Assembly: GCA_963803435.1 (NCBI GenBank)
Contig: CAWDML010000005.1
Coordinates: 32,001-96,000, forward strand
DNA from: an uncultured delta proteobacterium
GTDB taxonomy: Bacteria; Myxococcota; Kuafuiibacteriia; Kuafuiibacteriales; Kuafuiibacteriaceae
Length of the DNA stretch: 64,000 bases
Reading direction: 5' to 3'
The position numbers and the translations under genes were made by a program. Position 1 is the stretch's first letter, and each line of letters opens with the position of its first letter. This document shows, piece after piece, positions 39,754 through 49,798 of the stretch. A model generated the notes under the pieces. It saw only the letters and a list, made by a program, of their open reading frames with translations. It was not told where the DNA came from and did not search any database.

Positions 39754-41376
39754 TCAATGTGCCGAGTCTAGGTCCCGCGCGGCCTGATCGAGCGACGCGC
39801 GACACCGGGCCATCACGCTTCGGAAGGTTGCGTTGGCCGGATCTTGATCGCCGCCAAAGCCCACCAGCAGCGCGAGCCCGCACTCGCGGCTGAGCCGGCG
39901 TGCCCGCTCCTCCCCGAGTCTGCGGGTGGCGAGCTCGGTGAAGCGCTTCGTCTCCTCCTGCGGATCGACGACCGACGGCGGCGGCTCGACGCGTGGAGGC
40001 GGCGCGCTGCGGGCGCGGGGCGGTGGCTTCGTCGGGTTGGTGCGCTTCGTCGGAGGCGGGCGGTCGTGGTCCCCGGGGGCAAGCGAAGCGCGCAGCGAGC
40101 CCTCGCGAGCGGGGTCGGGTGCGAGGGCTCCGCCCGAGCGGGCCCCGGGGGTCGCGACCACCTCGACCAGCGGCGGTGGCTCGGGCGGCGGAAGCATCAG
40201 CGGGCTTGGTTTGGGCGCGAGCTGCGTGGACACGACGGCCGCTCCGGCGACCGCCAGCGCTCCCGCCGCGAGCCACCAGGGCACGCGCGAGGACCTTCGT
40301 GGCGGCGGCGGCAGCGGCCTGCGCTCCATCCGCGTGAGCGCGTGCTGGGCAGAGTCCATGGTGAGCGCCCCGCGCTCCTCGGATCCGGCGACCCGCGTGG
40401 GCTCGACCTGAACCTCCTCGGTTCGAACCACGCGGTCGAGCCGCGCCTGACTCTCGATCTTCTTCTCCGGGACCAGCGAGTCGATGAACGCGGCGATCGC
40501 CTCCGGCCGACCGACGCCGAGCTCACCGCCGGCCAGCGCCAACGCGTCGTGGAAGTCCTGCGCGGTCGCGTACCGTCGCTCCGGATCCTTCTCGAGTGCC
40601 CGCGCCAGCACAGGATCGAGGCCGGGCGGCAACGCCGCGTTGCGAGCGCTGAGCGGCGGCGGCACGTCCACCACGACCGCGCCGAGGATCTTCTTGGCGT
40701 CGGCACCGTCGACGAGCGGTCGGCCGGAGAGCAGCTCGTAGAGCACGACGGCGATCGTGTAGACGTCGCTACGCCGATCGATCTTGTCGGCGGTCGCCTG
40801 CTCGGGAGACATGTATCGCAGCGTCCCCGCGATCATCCCGGGGGCCGTCCGGAAGTCGCCGAGCGTGGTGCGGACGAGGCCGAAGTCGATGATCTTGAGG
40901 TCGCCGTCGAACGAGATCATCAGATTCCGGGGGGAGAGATCGCGGTGAACGATGGCCAGGTGATGACCGTCCGAGTCCACGAGCTCGTGCGCGTAATGGA
41001 GCGCAGTGAGGGCCTTGAGGATCAAGGTCATGGCCATGCTCGCCGGGAGCATCTGGCGGCGCGCCGCCGCGGCGAACATCAGCGACTCGAGATCCTCGCC
41101 GGCGATGAACTCCATCGCCAGGTAGAAGGACTCGCCGACCCGGCCCGCATCGACGAGGCGGGCGATGTTCGGATGGTCGAGCAGCGCGGCGACCTGCGCC
41201 TCCCGAAGGAAGCGGCTCTGGACGACCCGATCGTTCGCGAGGTGCTCGTGGACCACCTTGATCACGAACAGCCGATCATCCTGGTCCCGCTGCGCCAGCC
41301 ACACGGACGCCATCCCGCCCTCGCCGAGCTTCTCGACGATCGCGTAGTTCGGGACCTGCGGCTTCGGCTGGGTCAT
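39754..41376 (-). CDS. Membrane Ser/Thr protein kinase
   Basis: LGEGGMA, VIK, HRDLSPRN, DFG, YMSPE; TM and Pro-rich tail; start MTQPKPQ. Confidence 0.93.
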   Translation of the reverse strand: MTQPKPQVPNYAIVEKLGEGGMASVWLAQRDQDDRLFVIKVVHEHLANDRVVQSRFLREAQVAALLDHPNIARLVDAGRVGESFYLAMEFIAGEDLESLMFAAAARRQMLPASMAMTLILKALTALHYAHELVDSDGHHLAIVHRDLSPRNLMISFDGDLKIIDFGLVRTTLGDFRTAPGMIAGTLRYMSPEQATADKIDRRSDVYTIAVVLYELLSGRPLVDGADAKKILGAVVVDVPPPLSARNAALPPGLDPVLARALEKDPERRYATAQDFHDALALAGGELGVGRPEAIAAFIDSLVPEKKIESQARLDRVVRTEEVQVEPTRVAGSEERGALTMDSAQHALTRMERRPLPPPPRRSSRVPWWLAAGALAVAGAAVVSTQLAPKPSPLMLPPPEPPPLVEVVATPGARSGGALAPDPAREGSLRASLAPGDHDRPPPTKRTNPTKPPPRARSAPPPRVEPPPSVVDPQEETKRFTELATRRLGEERARRLSRECGLALLVGFGGDQDPANATFRSVMARCRASLDQAARDLDSAH

Positions 41377-41477
41377 CGGATCCCCGAGATGCCGGCGTGA
41401 GCATGATTTGCCGCGCCCATTCGGTAATGGTTCTATACCAGCTGTTGAACGCGCGAGACCACTTGCGGCTGCCCGTG

Positions 41478-42821
41478 ATGAGCGCCGCTCTGCTCGCCCT
41501 GTGCGCCTGCGTGCCCGAGTCGCGGCTCGATCTTCCGCCCGCGCCCGCCGGTGCAAAGTCGGTTTTTTTGGTGGTGAAGGGCGAAGCCGGGAGCCGCGTC
41601 TACGCGGCGGATCTTCGGGAGGGTGAGACGTTCGAGGTGCCGCCGCTCCGGTTCGAGGGGACGCGGGATGCGGAGATCAGCTTCCTCGGGTGCGGGCTCG
41701 CCGACCTTGGCGTCGAGAATGGCGGCACGCCGTTCGCGTCCTCCGATTCGCCGGTCTGGGCCGAAGTCGAGACCGGATACGAGATCCAACTGGACAGCCC
41801 CCGCGATCCACCTCCGCCCGTGACTCCGGTAGAGTCGCTCAGCGGGACCATTGGAGCTTCGGCTACCGAGTGGCTAGAGACGGACGACTCCGTGGACCTG
41901 GGTCTGATGGATCCATGCATGCGTTACCGCGAGATCGATCGGCATGCGCTTGGGCCCGTCGGTAAGCCGACGTGGATGCTCTACGAAGGGAACGATTCAG
42001 TTTTCGTTGGCTCAGGTTCAGCCCCGTTCGTCTTAGCAACAACAGCAACAGCGCATGCCAGAGAAGGGGCGCTAACGCTCCTCGATCTGGTGAAATCGGA
42101 TGATCAATTCGTCGGGTTTCAGGCCGCAGGTGAGACAATCGAGATCTACACCGGCTCGAGCCCCGACGTTCTCGGGGAAGACGATCCGATTGCCATCGAT
42201 CCCGACAACACCTCGATCGCAGCCGTGGGCTCAACCACTACCTTCGACGTTCTCGCGGTCCATGGAAACGGAAAGTACTTGAGACTTCATCCCGACCCGG
42301 AGGAGGACATCGTTCCTTTGGAGCACGAATGCTTTGCCGACTTACCTCTGGTGCCCATTGCCGCCACCCCTCGCGGCTTCGTCACGGGCGCACCCGGCTG
42401 CGATTCGTTGGTGGTATTTGATCCCACTCCACGGACGATCGCACACGGGCTACCGTCGGGACCCTCCGGGTTGGCGTTTGATTCCGATGAGCATTCCCTC
42501 ATCTTGGCCAGCGGCCACGGAGTCTATGCCCTCGAACTGGACGGATCACGCGATCCAACGCCCTTGTCGTCGCGAAGCTCCAAGGGAGCATCCTTCAATG
42601 AAGGGACTCTCGCGGTGACGAGCGCAGACCCAACAAGCGCGGGTGTCTTGCTGCGTTACCGAAATGCCTATCAGTGCTTCGTTGGGCGGAGCGCGGAACA
42701 GGTCAATGCGATTGCGCTTCGGAATGGGCTGATGGTCATCGAGGCGGACAAGGTGGACGGCGAAACGCAATACGTCCTCGTTGTCCTAAGCCTGGATACC
42801 TGTTCAGGCTCGCGGCCGTAA
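41478..42821 (+). CDS. Putative lipoprotein, beta-rich
   Basis: MSAALLALCA|C lipobox-like start; divergent from the kinase; start approximate. Confidence 0.65.
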   Translation: MSAALLALCACVPESRLDLPPAPAGAKSVFLVVKGEAGSRVYAADLREGETFEVPPLRFEGTRDAEISFLGCGLADLGVENGGTPFASSDSPVWAEVETGYEIQLDSPRDPPPPVTPVESLSGTIGASATEWLETDDSVDLGLMDPCMRYREIDRHALGPVGKPTWMLYEGNDSVFVGSGSAPFVLATTATAHAREGALTLLDLVKSDDQFVGFQAAGETIEIYTGSSPDVLGEDDPIAIDPDNTSIAAVGSTTTFDVLAVHGNGKYLRLHPDPEEDIVPLEHECFADLPLVPIAATPRGFVTGAPGCDSLVVFDPTPRTIAHGLPSGPSGLAFDSDEHSLILASGHGVYALELDGSRDPTPLSSRSSKGASFNEGTLAVTSADPTSAGVLLRYRNAYQCFVGRSAEQVNAIALRNGLMVIEADKVDGETQYVLVVLSLDTCSGSRP

Positions 42822-42907
42822 CATGCACCGCTCCCTTCCTTGAAGGTCACACAGCTTGCTCGAAAGCAGGGGCCTTGTGAAGGGCGGCGGATTGGCCTGG
42901 GAGCTGA

Positions 42908-44419
42908 ATGGGAGCCATCATGATGGGGATGCGCAAGATGCTGATGGGTGTTCTGTTCCTTATCGGCTCGACAGGGTGTCCGCCGGAGTTGGATTGCACC
43001 AGTCCGCACCGCGTGATCAATCCAGGCGGGTCGAATTCCTGGGCTCAGAACCTTTGCGACTCCGAGGCAGCTTGGACTGAGTCGACGCTGAGCATGCTCA
43101 CTCTAACGCTTCCTTGGTTCCTCACCCAGAACCATACGACGGCGGAGCTCAGGCTTACGGCGGATGCGCACGCTCCATCCGGCGAATACATGCTGCCCTA
43201 CGCCTATACCGGACCCGATGGCTCCTTTGGTAGCGGTGCGATCGGCGTTGAGATCCGACTCAAGCCTGGGCACCACGATCTCGCAGTTGCCATCGATGGT
43301 GACGGGTCCGTCTCGAACGAGACGATCGAATGCGGGAAAGGACTCAGCAAATGCGCCGCGTCCTACAGCGAGAGCGAATCCGTGACTCTCGACATCGAGC
43401 CCGAGCCGGGCTGGGAGCTCGGCGGTATCGACAACTGCGGAAGCATGCAGCTCAACCAGGCAAAGATGGTGGGGAACCTGAGCGAAGACATTAGGGAGTG
43501 CCGAATCAGCTTCGTTCGACAATCAGACAAGCGCCTCCTGGGGCTCGCCATCGCGGGAGGTGGAGGAGAGGTCTTGGTCGAATCCGCCGAAGGCACCGAT
43601 ACGTGCACGGACAGCTGCTCGATGGCGTTCGAGATCGGTACGGCCGTGACGCTGACCGCCCAGGATGTCGGGGGCTTTACGTTCGAGCGATGGACCGGAG
43701 ACTGCGCCTCGAACGGGTCCAGAGCGACGATTACAATGCTCCGCGACGCGCAATGCACGGCGGAGTTCAAGCCGCCGAACTCTTCGACCTACACGCTCAC
43801 GGTCGACGTCACGGGCCCGGGATTCGTGTCTGTCCCCAACATGCAGCAGTGCGCGGCGGACTCGTCGTGTGATTACTCGATCTCGGCGAATTCGTCGGTG
43901 CAGCTGACCGCGCATCCCGACGTGGAGCATGACGCCGTGATCGCGCATTGGGGTGGTGCCTGTGGAAGCGGGAATGCGACTATGGTCGGCGTGACGATGG
44001 ACGCCAGCAAGACGTGCAGCGTGGTCTTTGAGTCGACTCACGTCGACTGCACGTCGCCGACGTCGCCGACAGCGGGGAAGATCGTGCTCTACAACTCTTC
44101 GGGGGACCAGATCACGACCATGACGACCGATGATCGGGCGCCGGAGGGCGCGACCGTCTACCAGGTCCATCACGCGGATGGGGTGCTGAGGGCGGTGCCG
44201 ATGGACTTTGCCTCCAATGTGGGCGGGTCGCTGGTCTACGGCTGGGACGATAGCTTCCACTCGACCGCTCCGCCCAACGTCGACACCATTGGTCCGGAGA
44301 TCTCGATCTCGACAGCGACGTTCTTCGAGAACTACCTGTACGGGGTCTATGTCGAGGCGACGGATGCTTGCGGGCTGACCACCCATGCCGAGGTCTACTT
44401 CCTCTTCTTCCAGAACTAA
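42908..44419 (+). CDS. Putative lipoprotein with three InlB-B-like/bacterial repeat domains
   Basis: STG|C lipobox; repeats of L-x-V...G-x-V...C...C...V-x-LTA...W-x-G-x-C...C-x-x-x-F. Confidence 0.78.
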   Translation: MGAIMMGMRKMLMGVLFLIGSTGCPPELDCTSPHRVINPGGSNSWAQNLCDSEAAWTESTLSMLTLTLPWFLTQNHTTAELRLTADAHAPSGEYMLPYAYTGPDGSFGSGAIGVEIRLKPGHHDLAVAIDGDGSVSNETIECGKGLSKCAASYSESESVTLDIEPEPGWELGGIDNCGSMQLNQAKMVGNLSEDIRECRISFVRQSDKRLLGLAIAGGGGEVLVESAEGTDTCTDSCSMAFEIGTAVTLTAQDVGGFTFERWTGDCASNGSRATITMLRDAQCTAEFKPPNSSTYTLTVDVTGPGFVSVPNMQQCAADSSCDYSISANSSVQLTAHPDVEHDAVIAHWGGACGSGNATMVGVTMDASKTCSVVFESTHVDCTSPTSPTAGKIVLYNSSGDQITTMTTDDRAPEGATVYQVHHADGVLRAVPMDFASNVGGSLVYGWDDSFHSTAPPNVDTIGPEISISTATFFENYLYGVYVEATDACGLTTHAEVYFLFFQN

Positions 44420-44434
44420 CGCCTCGCTCGACGC

Positions 44435-45560
44435 ATGGCCGATCTAGGGAGCCTCGCGGTGCTCGCCGTGTTCACGGCGTACGGTGGCGCTGCGCAGCTT
44501 CACGTGGCGCCGCGGCGGCCGCTGTGGGTGGCAGTGCAGGTGCCGGCGAAGGATCTCGGAGCGACGTCGCTGTCGCGCCTGATCGAGATCGCGACGACGG
44601 TGATCCACGACGAGTCGGATCTTCGGCCGCAGGTGGTCAACGACGCGGTGCTCGAGCGGTGTAGCGCCGAGTCGCGGATCGGAGCGACGGCGTGCCTCGT
44701 GAAGACGCTCCGGGAGGATGAGGCGCCGGGGGAGGTGAGCCGGTTCCTGCTGGTGGTGTCCGCGGTTCGGCCGGACGAGCTGCTCAGCTTGCTGATCGAT
44801 TCGGACGAGGTGCTCCGGGTCTTGGAGGAGTCCGGCGGGATGTCGGAGGCGGATCGGTATGCCGAGATCTCACGGCGCGCGTTGGTGGCGAGCACGTTGC
44901 CGACGCACGTGTCGAACGAGGCCGATGTCACCGCCTACCTGCGGAAGGCTTTCGAGGAGGAGCTCCAGCCGATCCTGAAGGGCGAGCCGCTCGGAGAGCT
45001 CGAGGTTGCGCTCCCGGTCGAGGATGAGGTCGGGGTGGTGATGGATGGCCGGAGGATTGGGCGGGCGGCGGGGAGCGTGACAATCGCGGACGTGCCGCTG
45101 GGGCATCATGCGCTGGAGTTCGAGAGCGAGGGCGCGCCGGTGTCGGGCGTCGGCGTCGATGTGACGACGTCCGAGAGGATGCGCGTCGAGGTTCCGCTCG
45201 GTCCTCCGCCTGGGTACGTGAGCGTGAGCCGGGAAGCGGTGCTCTACGGCGGGCTGGTCGCGGCGGCGGCGGGGGTCGGCGTGCTGGTCGCGTCGTTTCT
45301 GGTGCCCGCCGCGCGCGACTACTGCACGGGCGATGGGCCGTGCACGCCGTCCGAGTTCAAGAGCACCGGTGGAGTCCTGCTCGGTCCGCTCGGATACAGC
45401 CTCGCGGGACTGGGGACGGCGTGGTCGCTGGGTGCGTGGCTGGGCGACGAGCGCTCGTTCCCGTGGATTCGAGCTCCTCTCGGGCGTGGCGGTGTTCGGG
45501 CTGGGATACGGTCTGAGCGTCGCGCTCAACGCGAACGACTGCCGCTGCGACGCGCTCTAG
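44435..45560 (+). CDS. PEGA-like domain membrane protein; +1 frameshift near 45468
   Basis: VVMDGRRIG...VPLGHHALEF PEGA-like segment and C-terminal TMs; removing one T in GATTC gives WIELLSGVAVFGLGYGLSVALNANDCRCDAL*, ending at TAG 45558-45560. Confidence 0.65.
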
Positions 45561-45968
45561 GAGCGTGTAGCGCGTAGCGCTACCGCGAGCCCGGTCCGGG
45601 TCCCGGTCCCGGTCCCGGTCCCGATGGCGATCATGCAGCCCGGCGTGCGTTCATCGACTTGATGAGGCGCGTGAGCATCTCGACAACGCGCTTGAGCTTG
45701 GCTCTGGCGGCTTGGACCTTCTGCTCGTTGGCGAGTCGGCGCCTCAAGCAGGTGTGGAGTGAGGCGGCGGTTCTCGCTACGCTCCTTCTTCAAGGTACGA
45801 GCCGAGTGGACGCTCGTCTGCCTCACCCACAACCTGCTCAAGCTCTACCAATCGACGCTCGAGACCGTCGCGAGCGTCTGACTCAAGGCAGCCATCTTCA
45901 GAATCGGGACCCGGACCGGGACCGGGACCCGGACCGGGGTCGCGTGAGCGCTTACGCGCTACACGCTC
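45561..45968 (+). mobile_element. MITE-like deletion derivative (408 bp) of the IS1182-family element, copy 2
   Basis: Same inverted ends, flanked by CTAG (45557-45560, 45969-45972); larger internal deletion than copy 1. Confidence 0.92.
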
Positions 45969-48801
45969 CTAGCCGAGCGCCTTCGAGATCGCCTTCAAGC
46001 CGGCGTCCACGTCGCCACCGAGATGCACGCGGAGGATCCGTCGCTCGCGCTTGGAGAGGGCCATGAAGTCGCCCGCCTGTTGCGCCGTCTTGAGCGTGCC
46101 GAACGTGAAGCCGAGGTTCGGAACCTCGAAGTCCTCCGGATCGTCCGCGGTGATCTGGACGAACACACCGGTGTTCGGGCCGCCCTTGTGGAGCTGACCC
46201 GTCGAGTGGAGGAAGCGGGGGCCGAAGCCGACGGTGGTGGCGAGCTTCCGCTGGTCGCGGATCTGATGGCGGATGCGGTGCAGCAGAGCTTCGTTCGACG
46301 GGCTCATCTCCAGGTAGGCGTTGAGCGCCACATAGTCGCCGGCGCGGGTGTTCGCGAGCAGCGCGCCCAGCGCGGCGGCGAGGTCGGACTTCCCGGCGAA
46401 CGTGGGCTGGTTGTGGGCGTCGGTGAAGAGCGTGAGCCCCTTCTCCTCGAAGAGCTCGACCTCACCAGGGATTGCGGGGAGCGCGCCCTCTCGCTCGTGC
46501 TCGAGGAGCAGGTTCTTGGTGTAGAGCTTGCTCTCCTCGACGTTCGGCTGGTCGAACGGGTTCAGCCCGAGGACGTGGCCGGCGGCGGCGACGGCGACCT
46601 CCCAGCGGAACATCTCCTGGACGAGGTCGCGGGCGTCGCCGAGCTCGAAGCGGAGTACGGGATGGCCGGCCTTCTCGAGGGCGTCGAGCTTCTTCTCGAC
46701 GTCGTCGGTCTGCTCACCGCCGACCTTGAAGAACGCGAAGAGGCGGTCGACGCCGTATCGATCGGGCGCGCCGAGGATCCTCGCCGTCGATCGGGACGAT
46801 GCCCTTACCCTGCTTGCCCGTGCTCTCGGCAATCAGCTGCTCGAGCCAGGGGCCGAGCGCGGTGAGCTGCGGCGACGCCGTGAGCGTGAGCTTGTCCCGG
46901 CCCGCGAGGGCGAGCTCGCCGAGGATCGCACCGAGCCGGACACCGGGGTTCTGGGACGGTGGGACGGAGGCCTCGCAGCTGCCGGTCATGGTGCGGGCGC
47001 GGTTGAGGAGGTCGACGGGTTCGAGGCCCATGGCGGTGGCGGGGACCAGGCCGAAGGGCGAGAGGGCGGAGAAGCGGCCGCCGATCTCGGGATCGCCGGT
47101 ATACAGCGCGTAGAACTCGCGCTCGAGCGCCAGCGCCTCCAGCTGCGTTCCCGGGTCGGTGATGGCGAGGAAGCGGGCGCCGTCCTGGCCGGTGACCTGC
47201 CAGAAGTACTCCGAGAAGGCGTTGGGCTCGGTGGTGGTGCCGCTCTTGGAGGCGACCGCGAAGACGGTCGAATCGGGATCGATCGCCTCCTCGACCGCCC
47301 TCAGCTGGGCGGGGACCGTGGAGTCGAGGATGACGAGCTCGGCGCTCTCGGGCTGAAGGCCGAAGGTTCTCCGAAAGACCTCGGGGGCGAGGCTCGAGCC
47401 GCCCATGCCCATGAGTAAGACGTGGGTGGCGCCCGCGTCCGCCAGATCGTCCTGAAGCTCGAGCAGGTGGTCCGAGGCGTCGATCATCTCGTCGACGACA
47501 TCGAGCCAGCCCATGCTCCCGCTGACGGCGTCGAAGTCTTCGGGCTCCGATACCCAGAGCGTCGGGTCCCGATCCCACATGCGGCGAACGAAGCCGATCT
47601 TCTGCATCTCCTCGAGCCGGGCGTTCACGCGATCCGCGTGATCACCCAAGGACTCGGTGGTGCGCGAAAGCTCGGGGCCGAGCACGTCCTCGCGCTGCTG
47701 CTCGACGGCGCTCATCAGGCGATCGAAGGCGTCGGCGAAGAGGACGACGCCCTCCTCGATCAGCTTCTCGGTCACCTGCTGCATCGAGATGTCGACCTCG
47801 CCGAGGCGCTTCATGGTGGCCTCGGCCTCCTCCATGCCTTCGAGCAGCCGCGAGCGCGCGTCGCCGTGATCGTGGAATGCGCCGTAGGTGGCCTCGGGGA
47901 CGGTGTTGACCGTGTCGGGGCCGATCAGCTCCTCGAGATAGATTACGTCGCGGTAGTTCGGGTTCTTCGTCGAGGTGCTGGCCCACAGCAGGCGCTGCAC
48001 CCGGGCGCCTGCGTTCGCCAGGGTGCGCCACCGCTCCTGCTCGATCAGCTTCTGGTAGGATCGATACGCCATCTTCGCGTTGGCGATGGCGACGGTGCCG
48101 AGCAGGCTCTCGAGCGCCTTCTTGGTGGCGGCCGGCGGATTCTTGCCCAGGCGTTCGGTGATCATCTTGTCGATCAGCACGTCGATGCGGCTCACGAAAA
48201 AGCTCGCCACGCTCGCGATCCGCGAGATGTCCTCGCCGCGCTCGCGCCGCCGCTCGAGACCCGCCAGGTAGCGCTGGGCGACCTCCTCGTAGCGCTCCAC
48301 CGCAAACAGCAGCGTGATGTTCACGTTCACGCCCTCCGCGATGAGCTCCTCGATCGCGGGGAGGCCCTCCTTGGTGGCCGGGACCTTGATCATCAGGTTG
48401 TCGCGAGCCACCGTGGACCACAGGCGCAGCCCTTCTTCGATCGTCGAGATGGTGTCGTAGGCGAGGTGGGGTGAGACTTCGAGGCTGACGAAGCCGTCCC
48501 GACCGTCGGTCTCGTCGTAGACCTTGCGGAGCACGTCGCAGGCGAGGCGGATGTCTTCGATCGCGAGCGATTCGAACATCTCGAGCGGTGTGGCCCCGGC
48601 ATGCGCGAGGGCCTCGACCGTGGGGCGGTAGTCGTTCGACTTGGAGATCGCCTTCTCGAAGATGGCCGGATTGCTGGTGACGCCCTTGAGGCGGTCCTCG
48701 TGGACCATACGAAACAGGGTGCCGTCCCAGATCATCCCTCGCTGGATATAGTCGAACCAAATGCTCTGACCGTGGTTCTCGATCTCGCGGATCCGATTCA
48801 T
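45969..48801 (-). CDS. Bifunctional transaldolase/phosphoglucose isomerase, split by a +1 frameshift near 46780
   Basis: GVTSNPAIF, VSLEVSP, KVPAT, NVNITL, LWAST (Tal); GMGGSS, SKSGTT, GGRFS, ESTGK, PFDQPNVE, GPRFLHSTGQ (PGI). Confidence 0.92.
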
Positions 48802-48904
48802 CGCCGCCAGATTCCCAGTGGGATGGGACGGCGTCAACACATGGAAAGAAGCGACCCTTTTTCGGTCCGCCCTGCTATTTTGGGCCCCTGAGCGGGGCCA
48901 GGTG

Positions 48905-49798
48905 ATGTTCTCGTGGTTTGGACTGGGGGCGCTGAAAGCCTCGGACGCGGAGCGGCAGGCCGCGCTCGACGGCGCGCGCATCGAGAGCCTGACCTCGCCA
49001 CGCACGGCCGCCACGATCATCGCCGGCGGGCGGCAGACCAAGGGTGCGCTCCCGGTTCGCTCGGCCCTCTTCGACGCCGCGCTCTACAGCTCCCGGGGGC
49101 GCGGGTACGCCCGCTACAACGAAGACAGCGCGGAGCTGTTCACGGACGAGCGCGGGTACATGTATGCCGCGGTCTTCGATCAGGCGGGCGGCCTCGGCGG
49201 GGTCGTGCGCGGCGAGGCCAGCCAGCTGGCGGCCCTCCGCACGTTCCGCGCCTTTCAGAAGATCGCGACTGGGCGGAACGTCGACGTCGCGCAGGCGATC
49301 TACGACGAGCTCATGATCGCCCACGACGAGCTGATCCAGCGTGCACAAGGTGAGGTCACCACCGCCGTTACGGCCGTCATGGGCGGCGGCAAGATCACCA
49401 TCATCAACTCGGGGGACTCGGGCGCCCTGCACTTCACGGGCGACGGCAAATTCAAGATGCGCACGGAGATGCACGAGCACGATCTGCCGTTCGCCGCCGG
49501 CTGCCTCACGCACGCGGTCGGCCTGGTGCCCGAGGGCGCTGCGCCGGACGCCTACGAGTGGACGTACGCCCCGGGCGACTGGCTGATCCTCTGCACCGAC
49601 GGCCTCCTCGACGCCGGCCTCACCGCAGAGGAGATTGGCCGTGCGCTGGTGAGCGCCGAGAGCGCGGAGGATGCGCTCAACACCGTGTGCAAGCGGGTGC
49701 TCCGGCTCATGACCACGCTGCGAGCGAAGCCGGACAACCTGACCGTGGTCGCGCTCCACGCGGGCGCCGAGGTCAGCGACCGATCTTCTGCGCCGTGA
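48905..49798 (+). CDS. PP2C-family protein phosphatase
   Basis: NEDS, AVFDQAGG, NSGDS, LTHAVG, LCTDGL, DNLTVV. Confidence 0.85.
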   Translation: MFSWFGLGALKASDAERQAALDGARIESLTSPRTAATIIAGGRQTKGALPVRSALFDAALYSSRGRGYARYNEDSAELFTDERGYMYAAVFDQAGGLGGVVRGEASQLAALRTFRAFQKIATGRNVDVAQAIYDELMIAHDELIQRAQGEVTTAVTAVMGGGKITIINSGDSGALHFTGDGKFKMRTEMHEHDLPFAAGCLTHAVGLVPEGAAPDAYEWTYAPGDWLILCTDGLLDAGLTAEEIGRALVSAESAEDALNTVCKRVLRLMTTLRAKPDNLTVVALHAGAEVSDRSSAP

